This document shows positions 52,041-64,000 of a stretch of DNA of 64,000 nt, in pieces (positions within the stretch are counted from its first letter, which is position 1; each line of letters opens with the position of its first letter). The translations under genes were made by a program, and so were the position numbers. The notes under the pieces were generated by a model. The model had not been told where the DNA came from. It searched no databases and saw nothing but the letters and a program-made list of their open reading frames with translations. The DNA comes from Rhina ancylostomus (lineage: Eukaryota), in the NCBI GenBank assembly GCA_030265395.1, contig JARFYF010000017.1, positions 15,995,352 through 16,059,351 of the forward strand, written 5' to 3'.

Positions 52041-55000
52041 ATTTGGTACCATGATTCAATGAGAGTACGTGTTTAATTAAAGTAGGAATAATAGAGCATT
52101 TGCCAACTATCCCAGCCATGGATCCAAATCATGAGTATACGCATCTCAATTATCTCCCAGCTTCAATTAGCCATTGAGATTCTCAGCTGGATGGAGTTTC
52201 TCTGATTGAACAAACACAGTGATATCTTGAAAAGATTCTTGAAACAGGACATGAGAAGTCCAGAAATTTGTTAAAAAAAGTAAATTAATTTTTGTGAGAT
52301 CGCCAAACGGCCAAAAATTAGACAGATATGCACCTAGTGCTGGCAGCTAATTTGCCAGGCTGGACCTGTGCTTCCATATCTTGTGTAAGGTTGGCACAGT
52401 CAGACCAGCCATCATTTGAACCGCTAACGTATGTTTGAACCAGCTGGGAGTCCGGGCTGGAAGGTGCAGAATGTAACGTGTGTTATTTGTCCAAGTTCAT
52501 CTCCTGCAGATCGATAACACAGGACACNNNNNNNNNNNNNNNNNNNNNNNNNNNNNNNNNNNNNNNNNNNNNNNNNNNNNNNNNNNNNNNNNNNNNNNNN
52601 NNNNNNNNNNNNNNNNNNNNNNNNNNNGCCTGTCCCGGGGTCTTTTTCTCTCTCATACTTACTTGGTGCACCCCTGGAATGAATCCAGGCTCTTGGTCAC
52701 AATTATTCTCTGTGGTAGTGAACTCCACATTCCAATTGCTCTCTGGTTAAAGCATTTATTCCTAAATTCCCTAATTGATTTATTGTTGTTGTTTTGTATC
52801 ATGGCGGTCAGATGGCTGATGACCCAGATGGATCTGTTGCCCTAGGCATTCTAATAATATTATCCATTTCACTAACAGTGTTAAAAAGGAAAGGGAAAAG
52901 CTTTGACTGGGGTAACAATTCTATGGATAAGGGATAGAGAATTCAATTACTGATCCTTTTTTTGGTGACTTTTGTTGCTTGCTTTGGAAAGCAGTTAATC
53001 CGTTGATGGAAGAGAAGTCTGTACATCATCACCAGTGTCTATATCTTGGCAGTCTAAAGGGAGAGAAAGAGAGTTGTCAGCAAGTATTAGCTGAGGGTAG
53101 GGGAAGGGTTTATCAAATTTCCTTATTAACAATTATTATACAACTATACTCAATGCAAACCAGTGATGAAGAAGGAAATGTCTGTGCTCCTTCCAGGCTA
53201 ATGAATTTTGAGACAGGCTTCTTTTGTTAGAATGAGTGCCTTATCTACCTAAACCTTAGAGCATCTTTACCTGAAGCCAAACTTATGTCCAGATGCCAGG
53301 TTACATATGATACTTCATTTTGATTCATGTGCATTTGCTTTCCCTAAACTAGTGAACTCGTCACATACTCTCTGCATTGTACAAGATACCTGTACTTGAA
53401 CATATTTTTACAGTTACACCAGGAAAGCCCTTTCAAAGTGAAATGAAGTATCTGTAACCAGCACTATCACCTTGCATAGTTATCAGCCATTCCAGCCAAC
53501 TGGGATAACTGCCATGGGATGAAGTAAGTGAAGCAGGTCCAGTGTTCAACTTACATAAGATCCTTGGGAAGCTGAAGTGATTCTCCTTCCTGGCCACGGT
53601 ACTCTTTTTAGGACTTGGCAATGATTACTTCATTAGTCACTCATTTGGAGCTGAAGTTTACTGGAATTGCTGTACTTCAATGATAGGTTTTTGACTTTAA
53701 TGGCAAACCTATCAGTGTTCTTTCTACAACTGCCCCCATTAAATTGATCAGCAGTATGGCACTTAGTAAAAAAATATATATTGTTTTACATTCATTAAGA
53801 TGTTGTTTTGCAATCTGAAGATTGTAATTAGTTGGAAAGGCAGATGAAGATAGCAGTTCTTCCAATTAAAAAGGGATCAGCACAATGAATAATTTAGTCA
53901 AGAAGTCTCTGACTCTGTTCTCATACATGTACACGAGGATATACACTTGCTTCCACACTGGATCAGGTTCCTCTGCTGGTATTCAGCAGAGCTGCAGTTT
54001 ATTATACAGAGTTAGTTAGAATGAATTACTGAGTGTGAGGAAGCTCTAAAGGATTGTTGCACATCATAATCAAGATACTTCTGTTCATGATGGCCAGAAC
54101 CTCTTCCTCTATAGATGGAAGGGTTGGGGTAAGACTTCTCTCTTCAATGCCTTCTCTCCTATACAGATGTTATACAGGAATGAAAGGAGCATGCTAGTGA
54201 GAGCTTTGTGAGCTTTTTTGAGCATATGTCATCATATGAGGAAGTGAGGCCTGAAAAACTGAGGACAATAGGTGATGTAGAGTGTGTGAGGTGGAGTGAA
54301 GTGGAGCTGTAATTCTAACAAAGTGAAAGGAAGTTAACTGCAAATGGTGTAAAGAGGGAGAAACTGATGTCAAGTATGATTTTATCTTGATAAATGTGGC
54401 GAGGTCATTAAATGATGTAGAATCCGCTTTCATTTATAAAGAACTGGCCACTTATTTTAATGATGGTTGAAAACATTCTGCAGTCTATTGTTATGTCACC
54501 ATCTGTGGCTCAAGATCATTCAACATGCATTCCTCAAATATCATTCAATTCNNNNNNNNNNAGTGGGTGTATTAGGTGGGTGTATTTTCTTAGCTCCATA
54601 CAAACCATGGACTTCTTTGTGTCAACCATGTTCTGTTTGCCTGTACTAACTGGTGCCAGGGGTCAGATGTCCCATTTTATTACAGTTATCTTGCTGGGTA
54701 CTTTAAATGGGCAAAAGGAACCAGATTGTTGCCAGGACATCAGTAGCCTCTTGTATTTTGCAGTCACATGACTCTGTCTCTCAGGCTCCCATGGTTAGCA
54801 GGTTTCCTGCCAAAAATATCTTTAATGCCCATGTGATTGGGCTCTTCTGAAGAAGATGTAATGATGGCACCATCGCTGCCTGTGGATCTTTGCCCAATAA
54901 ACTCACATTTGCACCAGAGCTGACCAAAATTCCTTTGCATTTTTCAGTGCGTTTTACACTGAAATGGCAATTCCCATTGTCTTGTCAAACTAAAGAGTTG

Positions 55001-55829
55001 GGCTGATTTCTCCTGTCACTTATCTGTCCCTTATCACTGCCAAAATTGTATAATCTTCCAAAGAGCTGACACTGTAATCCCCAATTGCCTTTTCTACCAT
55101 ATGGCTACAAGGACCAAACTTATAAACTCTGAAATATTTCAAATACTGCTGAGTTGAACTTGGCAGTTTGTTTATCAACAAACAGTATGCCCATGGCTCT
55201 CTGTGGGCCAACAAGTTTTCTAGTGTTGTCTCAGTACTGAAGCCCACCTCCATCAAGAAAATTTCCATCTTTGGTTCATGGATCTCTACCTTTTGCACTG
55301 CATCATTGTTGGCCATGGCCTCTATTACAGTGTTTGCCTCGAGACACATGTCTGAAAGATCGAAGTAAACACCAAACACCTCTTGCACTTAATTATATCT
55401 CCTGAGTTCCGCATCTTTGCCATTTCTGCCAATTTGAGGCACATCTTCCATTTTGCCATTCTTTTGCAAATTTGCAAACTCTCCTGTGACTTCCACACAT
55501 TCAATTTATAGTACAGAGTACTATTGGTCCTTCTGACTCGTCCCTAGAACAGAGGGACTGGTCATTCAGTTACTCACTTAGACATGGCTTCAAGCAGACA
55601 CAATCTTTATTTGTGACAGTAACTGGACCAAAATACTGCTGATGCTGCACTTCCAAAACAAAAACAGAAAATGCCAGGAGTACTCAGCAGGTCATGCAAT
55701 ATCCATGTTTCTCTCTCCATGGATTCTGCCTGACTTGCTGAGTTCTTCAGGCAACTTCTGTTTCTCATTTATGGCAGTTGGTCTTCAGCTGAATTTCAAG
55801 CATAGTATGACACAGTAATTATATAACTA

Positions 55830-56149
55830 CAGGCCATCCCTGGGTTATGAACGCCTGAATTATGGACATCCCTATGTATGAATGAGCTCCCACAGTATTA
55901 TTAAATTTGAAAGTTTGACATCTGTACAAATGTTCATTCCTATGAATGGCAGAACTAGTTTCCTGTCTCTGTCAACTTTTAGTAATTGTTCTTTTTTATC
56001 AGTCTCATGTGCTTTTGATGCCATTCATGACAATACTGTAGAGGTGTGGTTGCCATATGGAGTGATTTGTGGGTAATTTTCAACATTGACAAACTCAACT
56101 TATGGACATCTATAAAAACAGAACCTGTTCATTACCTGGGGTTAGCCTG
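55830..56149 (+). mobile_element. Complete Tc1/mariner (Tigger/pogo-like) MITE, 320 bp
   Basis: TIRs CAGGCCATCCCTGGGTTATGAAC and GTTCATTACCTGGGGTTAGCCTG, flanked by TA at 55828-55829 and 56150-56151. Confidence 0.88.
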
Positions 56150-56319
56150 TATTTGGCATATCTCTAAAGGTAGCAGCAACCTTAAGGTAGCTCTTTCCTT
56201 AGTAGCTAATAGATAAGAATATACTTTCCAGCCACCTCTGACCACTCCCTCAATAGTACCACCCTGTTTAATTTTACACACCATTGAAGCCACCTGAAAG
56301 CAATTCTTTAATATTGTGA

Positions 56320-56860
56320 AATGTTCCAAGGTACACTACAGGAGTATTATTTAAAAAATGTTGAACCATAGAATGAAATGCTTGTGCCAGTGCCCAAAAG
56401 CTAGGTCAAAGTGTGAGGTCTTAAAGGACAAGAGAGAAATTACGAGGTTTAGGGGAATAATCCAGGACCAAGGGCATGGGTAGCTGAGGAAATGGCTCCC
56501 ATTGGTGGAGCAATTAAAGTCAGAGGTGTTTAAAAGACCAGAATCAAAGAAGGCCAGATATTGGGAGACCACAAAATTAGGGAGGGGAAAAACCTTGGGA
56601 GATTTTAAATATTGTTGATTTGCAAGTTCAGATATTCCCAGACATGCAACCAATGCAGGTTAACATGTTGAGGGACTATGTATTAATGGAATATGGTGTA
56701 AGCAGGCATGCTCACTGGAATGGTTCAGTCTAGAAGTAATAAAGATGTGGATGAAGATTTCTGCAACTGAGGAACAAAGGCAGGGTCATAGATGGGTGAT
56801 GTTATGGAGGTAAAAGAAGACAGTAATGACAATGGAGCAAATTTTTGTCAGAAACTCCCC
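56320..56860 (-). mobile_element. Old L2-type LINE remnant
   Basis: GTCTTAAAGGA..AGAGAG..GAGGTTTAGGG..AAT.CCAG and GTTCAGTCTAGAAGTAATAAAGATGTGGATGA patterns, also seen at ~60870. Confidence 0.5.
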
Positions 56861-57067
56861 TATGTAGCAAACTGAGTTTCAAGGCATAATTATTCCATTT
56901 ACTACTCTTTAAACTTGACACTTGGTACACCTTCTTATAATTTGGTCTTGTCTAAATTGATATTATTAGTCTTTCAGCTTTGAAATAAAAACACTATAAT
57001 TTGTACTTAGAATAATATTTGGAAAGGACACAGCAGTTTTTAGCCAAATGTTCTGAATAAGGACATG

Positions 57068-57745
57068 TAAACATAAGAATTAGCTTAATCGGTCCCTCAA
57101 ACATAATTCTCCATTCACCAGATCATGGCTCATTTTGGCCTCAACTCTTCCACTCCCTCCATAAACCTCTTGACTCCCTAAATGCTTGTTGACATCTAAC
57201 TTGAATATATTCAATGAATTTTACCCCCACTGATTACTGAGATAAAGATTTCCAAAGATTGACAGAAAAAAATCCTCCTCATTGCCATTTTAAATAGGCA
57301 ATCCCTTATTTTGAAAATGTTCCCCTATATTTTAGATAGCCCTACTGGGGGAAACATCCTCTCTGTCCCCTCTATCAATCCGCCTTAGAATTTGGTATGT
57401 TTTCATAACCTCTGATAAAGGTGTATAAGGGAGTACATAGACTGAATTTCTGAGCAGCAACCCAAAGATACTTCTCATGGCCTTTTTCAGGACATGATTT
57501 TACATTTTACTTTCTGAGAATGAATGTATTTTGTGATGACAGGCTATCCACTATATCACCTCTCTTTCTTCTGTACTGTAGTGAGTGTAGGCCCAATGTG
57601 CTCAGTCTTTCCTGATATGTCATCCCAGGGATCAACCTGTAGACCCTTCTTTTGCATTGCCTATAATGCAAGTATATCCTTGCTTAAATTTGGCAATAAG
57701 AACTGTACACAGTATTACAGATGCAGTCTTAACAGCATTCTGTTA
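57068..57745 (-). mobile_element. CR1 3' remnant interrupted by non-repeat sequence (~57409-57585)
   Basis: AAACATAAGAA tail, GGGGAAACATCCTCTC, and AACTGTACACAGTATTACAGATGCAGTCTTAAC (rc of RxHLxYCVQF). Confidence 0.72.
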
Positions 57746-58591
57746 AGTCTCATATTTAGACTGCAGCATAAGCTAAATATTAGCACTGTTGATATGTTAA
57801 GCCAATACCAGCTCTGTGACAACAACACTTCAAATCCTAAAGCAAAAACAAACTGCAGACACTGGAAATCTGAAATAAAAACAGAAAATGCTGGTCTGGT
57901 AGCAGCTGATGGGAGAGAAACAAGGTTGACATTTCAGGTCATTGACTTTCAACCTAATTCCTTGTTGGTTGATTTTTTTCTGTGCTCTTTTCCAACTCAG
58001 GTTCTTTAAGGCTCTTGTCAGCTTTGTGGAAAACATGTTTTTGCTAGGTTTTCAAGACTGGCAAGTCATACATAATGCAAGATACAGCTGTGTTTTATAA
58101 CAATCCAGACTTGAGGTGTTTTTGCTCTAATTGGACTTGTTCCAACCAATTTTCAGAAAACTTTTCAGACACATTATTAGTCGGTCCAAGTAAGGAAGAA
58201 CAAAAGAACACAGAAAGAAAAATGTCAATTATTTAGAGCTAATGATTTCCTCTTTAAAATCACACAGTTTATTTTGCTTTCAGTGGGTATTATTTGTAGT
58301 TTCTTGTGCATTGCCACATGCACAAGAACTACAAATAGGAGTCAGAGAACTGATGCATGCCCAATATTCCATGCTCATACGGATCACTGATAGCTGCAAG
58401 GAAGTGGCTTTTGAGGTCACTTACATGAGGCAGCCAATTGTGCAATTGTATGGTTATACTGCCTCTGATAAAGATATGTGAGGGAGCACATTGACTAAAT
58501 TTCTGAGGAGCGAGACAAAGATACTCATGTTCTTTTTTCAGGACATGATTTTATATTTTGATTTCTGAGAATGAATGTAGTTTGTGTTGAC
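57409..58591 (+). repeat. Direct ~130-bp duplication: 57409-57540 and 58462-58591
   Basis: CCTCTGATAAAG...TTTCTGAG...CAAAGATAC...TTTTTCAGGACATGATTTTA.ATTTT..TTTCTGAGAATGAATGTA.TTTGTG.TGAC present in both. Confidence 0.88.
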
Positions 58592-60504
58592 CTGCTCTTC
58601 ATCATACCCACCCTCCGGCTGCATCACCTGGGAGGAAATATGCAATTATGTTGGATTTATATATTAATAGATAATATGCCTTGCACCTACATAAGGTACA
58701 GGTCTGTTATAGGGCAGAGACATGATGCTTTGATAAAATCAAAAAAAACTTTTATACCTTGATAAAATTGCCCTGGAATTCTATGTGGCTATACAGTGGA
58801 AATTTGGTGGATGTTAGCAGGAGCAGTCATTTACATGGTTTCTCCGGTGGTTCTGTAGTGTTGGACTGGGAAAATCCCGATGGAATTTTAGAGTCAATAT
58901 AAATAATCAAAAATCAAAAAAATACATAATTTAATATATTGTATGTAGACAATAATTTCTTATTTGGTTTATGTCTTCTGACTGCAAGAACTGTCTTTTA
59001 AGATCTTGTTTGTGTTTTTTCTAATTAGGTTCTCAAATACTACAATTGGACTTGCCTTTTCTTCCTGCAAATGATAAAATATCCTTTGTACAAATAATAT
59101 ACGATTGTATTTCAGCTGTTATGTTTGAGTGTCCTTTTGCTACCTCCCCTTAGATAAAGACAGATTGTGAAAAGGCTGGACCCCTAAAATAACATGGTTG
59201 CTTATGGAGAACGAGTTTAACATGATATTATTGTAATGTTCTATTTCCTTAAAAGAAAGTTTTTTCCCCAAAACATAAAAGCACATCTAAAATACATAAA
59301 CAAATTTAGCCTATTGTGGAGAAAAGAAATCCAGCTGAACTGTGCATTTTCACAATGATCCAGGACATACTGATGTTCTCACAATGAAAACAGCTTCATC
59401 AATGTATGTTTGCCAGAAGATAGAAAAATCTTTCCTGCCATTTTAAAGTAATTACAATGTGCTTTGGAAGGTTCTGCATTTGTTTGGATGCACATAAAAA
59501 TGCCGTAAAGCAGAGGAGACACCATTGATGGTTCTAATGTTAAAATTCTGCACTTTAAATAATAGATTTTTCAAAAATATATATTTTGCAATTTTTCCAC
59601 TTTTTAAAAAATTTTTTGAATCTTTACAAACTTCACTTTTAATTGAAAGCCAGATGAATGTAGTTGTAGCAAAACTCTGCACTGTATGTCTGAATAGATG
59701 GCTTGGGTTTAGCTTGAAAAGTGGGAGGGGGAGTGGGGAGTGCAGAGAACTGAGCTGGATATCATCTGTTAGTTCCCTTACTGTGGGGCCCTTCAGGCTC
59801 AGTCATTCATGACTGCTAAATGAAAATACACACTGTTGCCCTGTGCCAAAGTAAGATATGAAATAATACACCCATGGGTTCAATAATGCATATCGAACAA
59901 AATGTAACAAACTTTTTCTAAAAAAAAATCTATGAGTTACATTCCGTTCCATATATTAGCAAGGACGCGCATGTTATGATTTGCATTCCTGAATGAAGCA
60001 GTTTGTTAGAATAAATAAATAACGTATGCAAAAGAAGCCAACCAAAATAACAAGAACCAGCTTGGAATCATTGTATGGTTATCATATAGAAGGAAGCCAT
60101 TTGGCCCATTAATGCTGGCTTCAAATAGCTTGTTGCAATGAAAGAATAATAATCCATCAGTTACATTGCAATTGTAACTCCCAAGTGTTACCATAAATAA
60201 GTAAGAACTACAAGTAGACCCAACTGTTCTTAATAAATGAACAACACTTCAACATCCCATTTCTATGTGTATTTAGAAGATTTGTAAATGACATTTGCAG
60301 ATATGTCATCCTGAAAAAGTACAGAAATTGGTCTTTGATAAGATAGCATGAATTATCACTGAAATGTTGACCTCAAGTTATAAAATGATTAGACTAAGGA
60401 AAAAAATTCAGTAAAGGTTAGTGACAATATACTGTGCTTACCAAGAGGGGACATACCAAGGCCTTTACAGAAAAGGATGCTCAGTCAAAGAAGCAAAGAA
60501 TTAT

Positions 60505-60812
60505 GGCAGGCAAAGATAGGATAGACATCTGGAATCTTTCTCCCATGGTAGGGGTGTCAAAAACAAGAGGGCTTGGGTTTAAGGTGAGATGGAGGAGTTT
60601 TAAAGGTGACTTGGAGTGTGCTGCCAGAGGAAAAGTGGAATCAGATACAATCATTATGTTTAAGAGGCACTTAGACAAGCACGTAAATAGGCAAGACATA
60701 AAAGGATACAGACCTAATGTGGTTAAATGGGATTAGTGTAGATGGGCAAAACAGTTGACATGGACATGATGGGCTGAAGGTCCTGTTTCTGCCCTCCTCA
60801 ACTCTATGACTC
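60505..60812 (+). mobile_element. CR1 LINE 3' end fragment
   Basis: DRIDIWNLSPMVGVSKTRGLGFKVR..FKRHLDKH and the GGGCTGAAGGTCCTGTTTCTG tail. Confidence 0.88.
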
Positions 60813-63800
60813 TCTGTCTCTATATTGACCAGAGTGAGCAAAAGGTTGGTCAAAGAGAAAAGATTGTAAGGAAGGCCTTAAAGGAAAGAGAGGGATGGAG
60901 GGTCTAGGAAATGCCTTCCAAATTAGAAATGATGAAACTTTAATCGACATTTATTTATTCTCATGATTTGGGTGCAGATGGCAAGGCTGGCATTTCCTGC
61001 TTATCCACAAGTGCTCAGAGAAGGCTAATCTCATTCATGAACTCTGTAGTGGAGGAGATGGCTTCCACGAGAGGTTGAAAACTGATGTTTCTGAGAAAAG
61101 TAAGGTGTTGCTGTATATGAATAAAGCCTTTTATACGTGTGCGCACACGCACATGCACAGAGTAATTTCTATTCTATCTCCTCTCACTACATCTTTTAAG
61201 TCATTTTTTTCCTTTTACATTTACATGGTAATATAACAAAATGCTGATCTTGTATTCCCAGAGGATAAATGCACACAAAAGATGTGGACTGGTGAATGAG
61301 CACTGATTTAATAGTCCGAAATGCCATCACATTTGCGACATTTGCTTCATGCATGGGATTATTGAACTTGCTCTTCAACTTAACAGATACTCATTCTCCC
61401 CAAGTGTTGTCCAGAAAGCTGGCCTTTCGCCCTTCAACTTTCTCCCGTATCCTTTCTGTGACTCACTTTAAAACATGACCAACCATACATTCACCAGTTT
61501 ATAGGATTAATTATTGTTTCACCTCAATGAGACCAAAGGCTTGCCACATAAATATTAATCATTTGAGATGCTTAAAGAAAAATTAAAAGGAATCCCATTG
61601 GATGTAAACTATATTTATACTCTCAGGTGAGTTTTGAATGAAGTATAGTGCATGAGGAGAATATTTTGTTAAGCATATTGCATAATATTGCAGATAACAT
61701 AAGCTTTCAAAGCCCAAATTTCCATTAAATATTTACCAATGTTCATTATGTATTGCAAGTGAAAATTGTGCATAGTCATGAAGGTAGTGTACCAAAATAC
61801 TATTTAGTTAACTTGAATGGAGATGTAGGGAGGATATTTTAATGAAAAGTATTTAGTAGAATTATTAGACTTCAGTGTGAAAGCTAAATGCTAAGACATG
61901 TAACCATGGAAGTGAAGACCTCTCTATATTGGGGGGCCCCTGTATTGCCCCTTGTTAAATTTGTTGCTGGTATCCTGTTGTGTTCAGCCTCATTATAACT
62001 TTGAAGTGTTCAGCCTGTGTGTGATTCTCCTGAGAAACTAGCAGAACTCCTACTGCCTGATTCCAGACCTTGTTAATGTAATTTGCTAAAGATTAGCAGA
62101 CCTTCATTCTGCCGGAATTACTCTTGAAGCATAATTATGTTCTTTGATCCATGTTTTAGCTGAGATTGTACTGTATGCTTAAGTGTAGTAGTTGAAAATG
62201 TAAACCTGCTGCAGTGAAATAGTTTTCATCGTGATAACATATCTTGTGGGGACTCTTAACTCTAATTTGTAACTATTATAAAACATAAACATCCAAAGAT
62301 GTTATTAAATAACTGGTTTCCCACATTTGTATTAAGTTGACAAAGTATTTTTTTCCAAAGTATTTTGATTTAAAGTGTGAATTTTTGGCTGACCACTTGC
62401 AATGCAATGATGCATTTAAATTTTTGTATTGTTTGGAATCATCTTCTTACACTCAGAACGTGGCAGAGTGATAATTAAAAAAATACACCAAAAATACATA
62501 AATGAAAAGCAAAATAAAAATCTAACATTCATAATTTAATGGTTATAATAAACTCAAATGTGGTTATCTGGGTTGTAGCACAGTAGGGTAGAATTTGGCT
62601 TTGCTTGCAGTTAAAATGGTTCCATATGTACTGTGCCACATTCAACTAATTGTGAAACATATTGCCTTGTTAATCCATCTGAAGCCAGCTGTATAACAAA
62701 TATCTAGTCACAGGTTACCTATATTTCCATGCTTTCTCAAATTAAACTGATTGCTTAGACCAGTTGTTAGATCTTTGAAGTGGATTAAGTCTTTTTTGTA
62801 TTTGTACTGTGTTGTCTAAAAATAGTTCCCATATACACTTGTATATTTTTTCAGACTAATCTGTATAAAATTAGTTTAAATAATACTACAATTCTCAGCT
62901 GTATTGATAATAAAAAAAACATGTTTTAATTTTTCTCATTTTACATGGTTAAGTATTATATTTAATTTCAACTATGTCAAATTGATCTAGAAAGTAGCAT
63001 TTATAACTTTTACATGATGTAATGTAGAAACTTTAATTGTTTTCACTGTGTAACATTAGGAAATGTGGCCATTTTTAAACACAAACAACTTTGAGCTAAA
63101 TGAACTGTTAAACAGTTACCATGGCTATTGGCTTTAAGATAAATCTTTACCAACACATCAGGAGATACTGAACCACATACTGTCCTCACCTGGATCCTAC
63201 AAACAATCGCACATGCTCCAGAAATTAAATTGTGACCTGCGCCATATGCCCTGGATGACTTTCTCTTCAGATGGCAAGGACACTGAGGCTGCTTTGTGAT
63301 GCTTATGCAATTGATAGGATCAACTTCCCCAGCACTGACTAGGAGACAAACTGAGGACTCCAGCTAAACAGAAATGTTAACACAGATATTGGAATTGTTC
63401 AGCAGTTCAGAGAAAGAAACTAAGTTAGCAACTAGTGAGACTTTCAGTTCTACATATAGCTACTGCACGTTGTGTGTAGTAACCCAGGCAGTCGGGTTTC
63501 TTATCACTTCCACCTCGATGAAAAATTATAGACATTTTGACAGACTATTTATAAATCTGACATTTATCTACATTTTTGAAAGTGAGTTGAGGTTTACAAG
63601 TATCAAGGTTTTGTTTAGATTTATAACTTTTTTAGATTTATAACTTTTCTATCTCAGTTTCTAATCAGACAGCATTCAGAAACAGCCATTTCAGGAAGAA
63701 AGCTTTTCTTAAAGTCAGGGTGGTCTAATTTCGGTTTCTTGAACCAGACAGGAAGGGTAAGTATAGAGGCAAACTGAGCAGTTGATTTATGTTCATTCAG

Positions 63801-64000
63801 CTCACATGGGACAGTAAAATACAAGGCTCAGCTGGAGTGACAAGAGTAATAATCAGTACTCGTTCTCAAACAAGATTTGCAAAACAGATTTTGTAATCCA
63901 CTTATGATAATGCTACTGGCTCAAGAATTATAAACCAAAAATGGAAACTTCAGTGCATACAAGAACACAAGCAAACGGGAGCAGGAGCAGGAGCAGGCTA

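Noticed and set aside
57524-58009. 161-aa ORF on +
   Set aside because: A patchwork of antisense CR1 and short-repeat sequence with no protein family signal.
58868-58878. NF-kB-like GGGAAAATCCC
   Set aside because: A few such matches are expected by chance in 64 kb (another near 46895).

Overview
Vertebrate genomic DNA from a gapped draft assembly (13 N-runs). The repeat content (tRNA-head V-SINE-like SINEs, CR1, L2-like, Rex1/Babar, Penelope-like elements, L1/Tx1) points to a cartilaginous fish (inferred). It contains one complete protein-coding gene, WFDC1 (ps20), on the minus strand. I assembled six GT-AG coding exons by hand: 40712-40590, 13811-13616, 9504-9421, 6448-6308, 2847-2797 and 73-15. 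They total 654 nt with compatible phases and give a 217-aa protein: MMNRGKSFLRVLTAALFCLLTLRPLPVVTKSLRVKVGDKHD|DYEYQLISHSSQYQKNDRCPPPPQALPDRACEVPSCRSDSECERHKRCCYNGCIYACLESVQPPP|VLDWLVQPKPRWLGGNGWLLDGPEEVLQ|AEACSTTEDGDEPLHCPTGYECHIINPGNPAEGIPNRGQCIKQRGNS|DGRNLRPKIFKDYKDYF|GTNSNNAVGYKKHHHKHLG*. A CpG-rich promoter lies around 40.0-41.4 kb. The introns and the ~23 kb upstream hold mostly decayed transposons, and repeat boundaries are approximate. I found no convincing new biological system. The best leads are possible processing motifs in WFDC1, a myogenic-type promoter module, a possible divergent transcript, SINE tail swapping, inverted Penelope-derived repeats around exon 2, and a 130-bp local duplication.
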